Assembly (NCBI GenBank): GCA_039975755.1
Contig: JBDWGM010000004.1
Location: 19,444 to 83,443, forward strand
Source of the DNA: Paracoccaceae bacterium
GTDB lineage: Bacteria > Pseudomonadota > Alphaproteobacteria > Rhodobacterales > Rhodobacteraceae
DNA: 64,000 bases
Reading direction: 5' to 3'
Below, one piece after another: positions 56,797 through 64,000 of the stretch. The position numbers and the translations under genes were made by a program. Below the pieces are notes generated by a model. It worked only from the letters and a program-made list of their open reading frames with translations. It did not search any database and had not been told where the DNA came from. Each line of letters starts with the position of its first letter. Position 1 is the first letter of the stretch.

Positions 56797-56993
56797 GAGG
56801 TCTTGCAGGGATGACATTCGGAACGCCAGATCAAGCGGCGTTCTGTACAGGCCTCAAACGGCATAGGTCGACAAAATGACCGATGCGGCAGGTCTTAGCA
56901 CTTAGACTGTCAAATTTGGGGGGGATGCGTTCGATAGCGCTGCGTCAACAGGGAATGACTGCAAGGCTGTGGGCCGTAATAAGTACAGCAGGT

Positions 56994-59900
56994 TTAAGTT
57001 GCCGAAGCGTGAAAAACGGCTGCGTTCGAGAGTTTTAGTTCGGTTTTTGCGGCATACATGCGTACCTCTCGTCGGGTCAGCACAGTAGCGGCGCGAGGGT
57101 AGTTTATAAAATCAAGGCCTTGAGTTGGGTCCAACTGAAGCGCGCGCAGCAGAAATTGTCGTTGCGCCGGAGCCAACATCCGCATTGCTTGCGGGCCGGG
57201 GTAAAAGCTCTCGCTGGCCCGGCCTTGGGATGTCAGGACGACATGTTCTTTGCAACACAGGTGAATGTAGCTGACGGCATCGCGATTGCATGCAAATGAC
57301 GCAAGGCGCGTTTCTTCGGCGAGGTGACGCGCACGCGCAAAGACGGTTTGTCCATCCGCCAAAGTCATCAATACGCAATGTTGCGGTGAGACCAAAATTG
57401 GTTTTTCCGCACTCCCTGGGTCGGGTTTAAGTCGCACGGGCGTATGTTTCGGATCACGCGTTCCGGCCCTAAGCGCCAAGTCCGTTCGGCTGGTCCAGAC
57501 CAGTGATTGAGGAACACCTAGATACGTGCACACCAAATCACCAGCGCGCAGAGTTTCGACCGGACGTGCACCAGAAGGTGTGTCGATCAAAGTGCCTGAC
57601 GTGAAACAAGCAACCCCTGTGTTGTCAGTCGTCAGATCTTTACCGTTTGATAGGCCGTCGAAGGTTAAACCTTCATTGGTGCCAAAGCGGTCTTTGCCTG
57701 AGTAATCAACAGTCCCGGCCCCATCGTCGCTGTTGCTTTGGTTCAGAACATTGTCGTCCGCTAAATCTTCGCGCAGATCAAAGATATTGTCATAGAAATT
57801 AGTCAGATCGATGAAATCGTTGTTGGTTGTATCATCATCATTCAGAGCACCGGTGTTACCAGTGTTGAAATCCGCAATCGTATCCGCGCCATCCCCAACG
57901 TTATAGATGAATACGTCGTTGCCAGAGCCGCCACTGACGACGTCATCGCCGACATCGCCACTGACAGTGTCACTCCCTTCCCCTCCGAAAACGCTGTCGT
58001 CGCCAGAACCACCTTCGACCAAGTCGCTGCCGTCTTCGCCGTCGACGGTGTCATTGCCAGTTCCACCAAAAAGCGAGTCACCTTGCAAACCACCATCAAT
58101 ACTGTCGTTGCCCGCGCCCCCATCGATCGTATCATTTCCAGAGAATGTTCCGCCATGAAGGGTATCGTCGCCATCACCGCCTATAATAGAATCATCGCCA
58201 TAACCGGCATCGATTGAATCGTTGCCGCTGCCGCCATCGATCGTGTCACCGCCATTGCCGCCGAAGACTGTGTCGCTGCCGCCCCCTGCATCGACAACGA
58301 TGCCCTCACGGTCACCGAAAAAATCGTCAAAAACGTCCGTGGCATCAACAGAATCCGACTGGTCCGACAGAAAGATGCTTTCGACGTCATCAAAGGACAG
58401 TGTGTCACTGCCATCCGTAATCGTTCCATCTTCTTCGGTGATATAGGTCACTGTGACAGGACCGGTCAGGGCAGTCAGATCAAGGACATCATTGTCCGAG
58501 GCGCTGTTACCGCCGATGATGACGTCATTGCCAAACCCGTCCTCGATGATAAATCTATCGCTGCCATCGCCGCCGTCTAGTGTATCTGCACCAAGCCCGC
58601 CATAGATCGTGTCATCGCCGGCATCCCCACCGATTCCATCGTCACCCGCATCACCGTGAATTTCGTCATTCCCAGCACCGCCGCCAAGCCCGTCATTACC
58701 ATCGCCACCAAAAATCGTGTCATTTCCATCATCGCCGCCGATCCCGTCATTCCCAGCACCGCCGTAAATCTCGTCATTGCCCGCATTTCCGCCGATCCCG
58801 TCATCGCCATCGCCACCAAAAATTGTGTCGTCACCGTCTCCTAGGCCGATATTGTCGACCCCTGCGCCCCCAATATAGACGTCATCACCCGAGGTGCCGC
58901 CGGTACCGTCCTGACCATCGCCCGAGATAATGAAATCACGAATACCGCCAGTATCTGCAAAGAAATCCGCGGCATCTGTGCCAATGCGCAGATCGAACAC
59001 ACCGTCTGCAAATTCAATCTGTTCAAAGTTGCTGATGGTGTCGGCGCCGCCGTCATTGACTGTATCCGTGATGATGATAGTCGAACCATCGATCTCATAG
59101 GTGTAGTCCAGATGATTGCCGGAAAAGACGACGCGGTCCTCTACCCCATCGCCACCGTCCAGATTATCGTTGCCATCCCCACCTCCGATCTCGTCATCGC
59201 CAGCTCCACCTTCTAAAGTATCCGCGCCGTCGCCGCCTGAAATGGTGTCATCCCCGGCACCACCCAAAACCGAGTCGTTGCCACCGTTTCCTTCCAGGGA
59301 ATCCGCGCCATCTCCACCCTCTAGTGTGTCAGCGCCAGAGCCACCCAGTATTGTGTCATCGCCCGCACCGCCCAGAACAGAGTCGTCCCCCTCATCCCCT
59401 TCCAAGGAATCAGCCCCGTCGCCACCGTCTATTGTATCGGCACCCTGACCGGCGCTGACTGTGTCATTTCCTGCACCAGCCTCAATACTGTCCGCTTCAT
59501 CGGTAATCGCATCAGCTTGATCATCAGAAAAACCAACAGGCATTGAATCTGCGCCGGCTGTCCCATCGACGGTGCCATCCGTTTCGACAAAAGCCCCAAC
59601 CTGGCGTACACTGTTCATCCCGATCGAGGTATTTGTGACCAATGTATCCAACGTGATCGAACGGATCGCGTCAGCCTCTAATTTTACCTGATCCGAATTG
59701 TAGAAACGTTCGGGGGCCAAATAGAGATTACCAGCAGTGTCCTGAAAAATAGTCGCGCTTGATAACGTATCGGTACTGCCGTCGGCATACGTGACAGTGG
59801 CACCGTAAAAAGATATGCCATCAAACGTCTGATCTGGGCCGCCATCAATGGTAAACGTTTCGTTGGCGACGTTGTTATTCATTTCGTAAAGTTGAGAGTT

Positions 59901-60089
59901 TGCGCCTCCGGTAAATGACACGCTGCCCGGTGCAAAGGTTTGAATATTCGCAGCAAGCGGATCAGAGATAGATCCAAAAGTGTCGCCAACGATTACGTTG
60001 GCGTTTCCGGCAGTGTTACCCCCTTCGACCGCATCTATGGGCGCTGTGTTTCCAAGATAGAAAACACTGAATGTCGTACCGCTTACCAT
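56994..60089 (-). CDS. Large RTX (GGxGxD Ca-binding repeat) protein with a C-terminal Hint domain
   Basis: 1031 aa: N-terminal module (aa 1-~200), three RTX blocks, then GVACFTSGTLIDTPSGARPVETLRAGDLV...ILVSPQHCVL...HVVLTSQGRASESF (Hint_2-type). Confidence 0.85.
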   Translation of the reverse strand: MVSGTTFSVFYLGNTAPIDAVEGGNTAGNANVIVGDTFGSISDPLAANIQTFAPGSVSFTGGANSQLYEMNNNVANETFTIDGGPDQTFDGISFYGATVTYADGSTDTLSSATIFQDTAGNLYLAPERFYNSDQVKLEADAIRSITLDTLVTNTSIGMNSVRQVGAFVETDGTVDGTAGADSMPVGFSDDQADAITDEADSIEAGAGNDTVSAGQGADTIDGGDGADSLEGDEGDDSVLGGAGDDTILGGSGADTLEGGDGADSLEGNGGNDSVLGGAGDDTISGGDGADTLEGGAGDDEIGGGDGNDNLDGGDGVEDRVVFSGNHLDYTYEIDGSTIIITDTVNDGGADTISNFEQIEFADGVFDLRIGTDAADFFADTGGIRDFIISGDGQDGTGGTSGDDVYIGGAGVDNIGLGDGDDTIFGGDGDDGIGGNAGNDEIYGGAGNDGIGGDDGNDTIFGGDGNDGLGGGAGNDEIHGDAGDDGIGGDAGDDTIYGGLGADTLDGGDGSDRFIIEDGFGNDVIIGGNSASDNDVLDLTALTGPVTVTYITEEDGTITDGSDTLSFDDVESIFLSDQSDSVDATDVFDDFFGDREGIVVDAGGGSDTVFGGNGGDTIDGGSGNDSIDAGYGDDSIIGGDGDDTLHGGTFSGNDTIDGGAGNDSIDGGLQGDSLFGGTGNDTVDGEDGSDLVEGGSGDDSVFGGEGSDTVSGDVGDDVVSGGSGNDVFIYNVGDGADTIADFNTGNTGALNDDDTTNNDFIDLTNFYDNIFDLREDLADDNVLNQSNSDDGAGTVDYSGKDRFGTNEGLTFDGLSNGKDLTTDNTGVACFTSGTLIDTPSGARPVETLRAGDLVCTYLGVPQSLVWTSRTDLALRAGTRDPKHTPVRLKPDPGSAEKPILVSPQHCVLMTLADGQTVFARARHLAEETRLASFACNRDAVSYIHLCCKEHVVLTSQGRASESFYPGPQAMRMLAPAQRQFLLRALQLDPTQGLDFINYPRAATVLTRREVRMYAAKTELKLSNAAVFHASAT
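57909..59480 (-). repeat. Three blocks of RTX nonapeptide-coding repeats
   Basis: By my residue count the blocks span aa ~204-316, ~400-512 and ~600-727 (GGAGDDTILGGSGADTLEGGDGADSLEG etc.). Each block ends in a hydrophobic capping segment (DRVVFSG, DRFIIEDGFGNDVI, NDVFIYNVGDGADTIADF). Confidence 0.8.
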
Positions 60090-60849
60090 AGTTACCTCAC
60101 TTATTTACCCTAATTTCTTACGCTTAATTCCACTGTTTCAGATGTGCTGGGATGGCAGTCTCGATCGATTGCCGACATGCTTTTTCGTCGCCAAACCCTG
60201 CGGGCAATGTCCGATGATCCCTTGGTTCCGCCACATCCCAAGCAACCGAGTGGTTCCAGCAAGCCAAAGACCTGCAATCCATAGGTTTCGTGATTTGTGT
60301 ACTGCGCTGACCGAAATCGTCTTCATGGCGCATGACAGTATCGCAGCAAAACTTGCAGTTGACTTGGCGCGACAGCCAAACAAAGCCGATGGGCAGATCC
60401 CGCGTAGATGCGCGGATGCTGCGCGGTTTATTAGCAGAAAGTTAAACACGATGCCCCTTACCTAAAGATAGAAATATTATTCAGGTGAGGAAAAAATCGG
60501 GTTACTATAAGCTGTTCCAGATCAAACGTTTTTCAGATTAATTGATTGAGTTTTTATTTAAATTCCTAGGGAAAAATTAATCTTTGGAAATGGTCGCGGG
60601 GTGTCACGCCACCCACCCGGACGCCTGCAGCTGTATTGCCAGCACAAGACACCCAACGCTGCGATCTGTACCGCATCACAGGTAAAGATCGCGCGTGCGC
60701 AGAAACCTCAAGCGTCTCTGGTCAGAGAACGTGATTTACGGGTTGCCAAACCTGATACAATTCGAACATTGTTCCATTATGGTGACCGCAATTTCTGCGA
60801 AAACTGAACTTGATAAGCAATGCATTTCGTCAAATCGAACGGGGAAGAA

Positions 60850-61356
60850 ATGTCTAAAGAAGAGCTTGAAAAATACAGAACCGCTTTGGTCGATCTATAT
60901 AAGCGCACACGTGTCCTTGACTACTCGCCAGAAGAATGTGCTGAACCTTTCACGAAAGAAACTATTGAACTTACCATAGCAGACATAAAATCAATAAAAA
61001 CAAAATCCGGTGTCATCCGAGGGTTCCTCGATTTTGATGAAAATCTTCGGCATTCTTCGGTTAATCGTTCCGATCACGGTACCGACGAATGTCATCAAAG
61101 CGCGATTAGTGAAAGGAAAAAAGTTGATGAAATATATCAGTACATTTACAAAACATACGGCATCGATATTTATGAATTTGCCGCGAAGAAGAACAAAAAG
61201 ATTCAGAAAATTATTCAGCGCGGCAACATCGAAACCATCGCAGAATATCGCTTGGTACACGACTTTCTTAGCGACCTTCCCACCGACGGCAACATTGCAA
61301 GCGTGACTGCGATCAACAAAATGATCTCTGATTTCGACAAGAAGCATGTGGAATAA
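60850..61356 (+). CDS. Hypothetical protein in the AT-rich island
   Basis: ORF 60820..61356. The internal ATG at 60850 (MSKEELEKY...) has GGGGAAG upstream. It is Lys/Glu/Ile-rich and helical-looking, with no motif I recognise. Confidence 0.45.
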   Translation: MSKEELEKYRTALVDLYKRTRVLDYSPEECAEPFTKETIELTIADIKSIKTKSGVIRGFLDFDENLRHSSVNRSDHGTDECHQSAISERKKVDEIYQYIYKTYGIDIYEFAAKKNKKIQKIIQRGNIETIAEYRLVHDFLSDLPTDGNIASVTAINKMISDFDKKHVE

Positions 61357-61429
61357 GTGTTATGATTTGTGTACACTTGTCTGACCCAGATGACGTCATC
61401 AGAACTGCGTGTGAAAGAGGACAGGTAAA

Positions 61430-61819
61430 ATGAGCCATTCCGTTTTTCCGAAACTGCCGCTGGAAGAGATGACACGAGATGCAGCGCTTCCGGGCGAGGA
61501 GAATATTGATAAAAGAATACGTGCAAATTATGCTGCTTTATACAATGAAACTGACGAATTTTTTGTAGATTTACTTTGCAAATCCTTCGATGCTGATGAT
61601 AATTTTAAATCAAGGGATTGGGTCTACAACCTGTATGAATTGTTTATGCAAGTATCAGGATCAGCCTATGGCGCTAAATTAATTATTTATAAATTTGAAG
61701 AAGTACAAAAAACCGATAAACGATATATCGAAATTATAGAATCTCTCGTTGATCTATCCAGTAGAATAGAAAAGATAGACGCTTCGTTATTTTACCACAG
61801 TAAAATAGAATATTTGTGA
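61430..61819 (+). CDS. Hypothetical protein in the AT-rich island
   Basis: 129-aa ORF with AGGACAGG upstream. It has very low GC, is acidic and helical-looking, and has no motif I recognise. Confidence 0.45.
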   Translation: MSHSVFPKLPLEEMTRDAALPGEENIDKRIRANYAALYNETDEFFVDLLCKSFDADDNFKSRDWVYNLYELFMQVSGSAYGAKLIIYKFEEVQKTDKRYIEIIESLVDLSSRIEKIDASLFYHSKIEYL

Positions 61820-62112
61820 TGTTGAAAAAATGCCAGAGTAAGAAGTGGAATGCGGGCAAGCCGCAACGATCAAAGATCCTGAAATCTCTGCTTTGAAGGC
61901 AGTCTCAAAAATACCGCTCTCTTCAAAAAAAATCGATTACAAGTGCATTAAAAGAACTGCAGCACAGCCCAAGCGAGAAATTTGACCTTGGCCACCAGAT
62001 CGCACAACAAAAACCTGAAAGAGATACCAAATGTGATGCATATCGATGATGCGCGGTGGTGTCGGGGATGAGGATGGCGTAGGCTGGTTGAATTCTTAAC
62101 TATTCTTACCGT

Positions 62113-62679
62113 TTGGACATACCTACAGTGGCAATTTACCTTATTCGACACGCTCAGTCGGCGTTTAATGCGGTGTACGATCCCAACAAGCCTGATCCAA
62201 TGATCTTTGACGCACCGATTACGCCGCTTGGGGAATCTCAGGCGCAGCAGGCGCGGGCCGCAGTTGGAAAGCTGGATCTTGAACATGTGATTGTTTCGCC
62301 GTTCACCCGCACCTTACAAACGGCTCATTTGATTTTTGGGGACAGGTTTCCGTTTCAGATCAATGCGGCCGTGCGTGAACAGCTTTGCAACAGCTGTGAT
62401 GTTGGCAGCCCGCCTGAGCAATTGGCCACGCGTTACCCGCGCCTTGATTTCACGCATCTGGAACAGCGTTGGTGGCATCAGGGCAAAGAAGATCACCGCG
62501 GGATTTCGGTCGAACCGGAAGATGTCTTGCACGAACGCGCGCGTATGTTTGCCGAAGAGTTGAAGCGCGATGGAGTGCATTCCACTGCAATTGTCACGCA
62601 TGGGAACTTTATTCGGGCGTTGACGGGCATCCAGCCGAACAATTGCGAAGTGGTCAAGTTTGACCCACATGCAGCTTAA
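62113..62679 (+). CDS. Histidine phosphatase (phosphoglycerate-mutase-like) family protein
   Basis: The IYLIRHAQSAFN RH(G/A) catalytic motif is near the N-terminus, with VTHGNFIR further on. The start could be the TTG at 62113 or the GTG at 62128. Confidence 0.75.
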   Translation: MDIPTVAIYLIRHAQSAFNAVYDPNKPDPMIFDAPITPLGESQAQQARAAVGKLDLEHVIVSPFTRTLQTAHLIFGDRFPFQINAAVREQLCNSCDVGSPPEQLATRYPRLDFTHLEQRWWHQGKEDHRGISVEPEDVLHERARMFAEELKRDGVHSTAIVTHGNFIRALTGIQPNNCEVVKFDPHAA

Positions 62680-64000
62680 AGCAATGAGCGCCAGAGTGTT
62701 GCGTAATCGCTAAGCTGTTGCGTGTTTTCGGGCGGTTGCAGGGTGTCGGGCGGTGTGATGCCAGTCCTTGATCCGAACAGCAATGCGGCCCCGATGCTTG
62801 TTCCGGTGGCAGAGGGACTGTGGCACACTGGGCGGCCCGTTGCGGCATGCAGCATTGCCAGATAATGGCGGTTCGCGGCAAACGGGCCTTCGACAATCGT
62901 TGGCCCATTGGCTCCGGTCAGAGACAGGCATGTGTCGGTCATTAAGGCCAAATAGAATGACAGCGCGACAAAGCGTTGGTTTGACCCAACGGGTGGTTCC
63001 GCCACGTGCCAATTCATCGTCCGGCCCGGATACGGCCCTGACGTTGGGTCCACAGCGGGCAAGAGCATCGTGTTTTCGGCGAGCACCTGAGTGGCTGCGT
63101 CCGGGTCGTGTGAAGGGGGGTGGCCCTGTTGGATCAGTTCGAATTCCCGCCCACCCATGAACCGAGCGGACGGCACCACATTGCCCAGTGCATTGACGTT
63201 GATCAGGGTATCGCGGCTAGGGTCCAATTCGGGCTCGGCTCCGCCCATGGTCATTGCAATGACCCACGTTCCGGTGGACACCACGGAAAAGGGTGCGCTT
63301 CGGTGCAGCACATGCGGATACAAGGACGCGTTGGAATCGTGAATGCCGCACATGACGGGTGTGTCTGGCGGCAAGCTTGTGACCGTGGCGATTGCGGGAC
63401 GGATGGAGCCCAAACGTTGCGTTGAATTTATAACCGGGGCCATTTTGTCGGCGATGTCGAGCTTTTCCACCAAATCAGAGAAGGTGCCCTGCTGTGGCAG
63501 CCAAAGATCGGTGTGGCATCCGATGGACGTGACATCGCTGGCGATTTCCCCGGTCAATCGGTGCCCCCAATATTGTGGATAGGTCAGGATGTGCGCGGTG
63601 CGGGATTTCAGATCGGGATCGGTTTGAAACATCCAATGGAGTTGCGCACCAACGTTCAAGCCATTCGATAAACGAGGCGACCCGGTTTGTTCGAAAGGGG
63701 CGCGGATGGCATCGTAATCTGCAGCAGTTTCGGCAGGGCCGTCATGTTCGTAATCAAGCACGGGTGCTGCAAGCTGTCCGTTCTGATCAAGCAGAACAAT
63801 GCTGGCGCCATGGGTTGTGATCGATATGCCGTCAATCTGGTGTTCCTTGTGGAATTGACGCAGCGCCGCCAGAAGAAATTCCCATATGCCGTCCGTATCA
63901 AAGCAGGGCCATAGCGGTCCTGAAACAACAGTATTGGGGCGCGTCAAAACGGCGATTTCCGTCATGGTGTTTAGATCGACCAACGCGAGTTTTGCATTGG
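62676..64000 (-). CDS. FGGY-family carbohydrate kinase; N-terminus outside the window
   Basis: The frame stays open to the window end (...NAKLALVDLNT...). HGASIVLLD, GIHDSNAS and VSTGTW blocks fit FGGY/rhamnulokinase-like kinases. Confidence 0.8.
   Translation of the reverse strand, partial: NAKLALVDLNTMTEIAVLTRPNTVVSGPLWPCFDTDGIWEFLLAALRQFHKEHQIDGISITTHGASIVLLDQNGQLAAPVLDYEHDGPAETAADYDAIRAPFEQTGSPRLSNGLNVGAQLHWMFQTDPDLKSRTAHILTYPQYWGHRLTGEIASDVTSIGCHTDLWLPQQGTFSDLVEKLDIADKMAPVINSTQRLGSIRPAIATVTSLPPDTPVMCGIHDSNASLYPHVLHRSAPFSVVSTGTWVIAMTMGGAEPELDPSRDTLINVNALGNVVPSARFMGGREFELIQQGHPPSHDPDAATQVLAENTMLLPAVDPTSGPYPGRTMNWHVAEPPVGSNQRFVALSFYLALMTDTCLSLTGANGPTIVEGPFAANRHYLAMLHAATGRPVCHSPSATGTSIGAALLFGSRTGITPPDTLQPPENTQQLSDYATLWRSLL

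Noticed and set aside
57907-59448. Several plus-strand Pro/Ser-rich or His/Arg-rich ORFs (57907..58158, 58580..58930, 59116..59448 and others)
   Set aside because: They lie antisense to the RTX GGxGxD repeats. Their low-complexity translations are the expected mirror of the Gly/Asp-codon repeats.
60124-60465. Three mutually overlapping small ORFs (69 and 103 aa on minus, 107 aa on plus) just upstream of the RTX-Hint gene. The 69-aa frame has several Cys and the best third-position GC.
   Set aside because: I could not decide strand or frame from the sequence alone, and found no convincing start/SD or known motif. The segment may simply be the 5' UTR and promoter region of the RTX-Hint gene.
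62676-62679. Convergent histidine-phosphatase and FGGY-kinase genes share overlapping stop codons (TTAA)
   Set aside because: The overlap is real but is a common compact-genome arrangement. No functional implication can be drawn from it.
1-64000. Search for tRNA/rRNA genes, CRISPR repeat-spacer arrays, IS elements or transposases, integrases and prophage genes
   Set aside because: None was found. All intergenic gaps over 150 nt were read on both strands. They show no cloverleaf-like or regularly spaced repeat structure, and no ORF has transposase, integrase or phage motifs.

Overview
This 64-kb chromosomal segment looks like a marine Rhodobacteraceae-type alphaproteobacterium. That placement is an inference from high-GC coding style, GGAGG-type ribosome-binding sites, many ABC importers and Hint/RTX proteins. 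About 60 protein-coding genes can be supported. I found no rRNA, tRNA, CRISPR array, transposase or integrase.

Bases 1-48 kb are a metabolic and transport mix:
- a partial AcnX-like dehydratase, a class IV aminotransferase, an SDR, a MATE pump, OpgD and a periplasmic ankyrin protein
- an FrcBCA-like sugar importer
- the ovothiol synthase OvoA, followed by a DCC-thiol-oxidoreductase/DUF4166 pair
- a LacI-controlled CUT1 sugar importer with a GH63-like glycosidase
- the NadM-Nudix/NadV nicotinamide salvage pair
- a stand-alone EF-G paralog with a structured leader
- a TetR-adaptor-RND-YHYH efflux unit whose adaptor gene is frameshifted
- a 10-gene IclR-associated catabolic operon ending in a BKACE enzyme

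Bases 48-62 kb have patchier, lower GC by eye and hold the least-explained content:
- two Hint-domain proteins that share an N-terminal module; one is a 1031-aa RTX protein
- an HD-domain alarmone-hydrolase-like gene
- a tightly coupled operon of two zinc-ribbon DUF4178 proteins, an unlisted 51-aa membrane ORF, DUF350 and a membrane-fused aminopropyltransferase, facing an AdoMet decarboxylase
- a pentapeptide-repeat protein
- a ~1.6-kb AT-rich island with two orphan ORFs

My best candidate for an uncharacterised system is the DUF4178/DUF350/polyamine-synthase operon. The Hint-domain proteins, the AT-rich island and the EF-G paralog leader come next. All functional calls come from reading the translated ORFs by eye; no database search was run.
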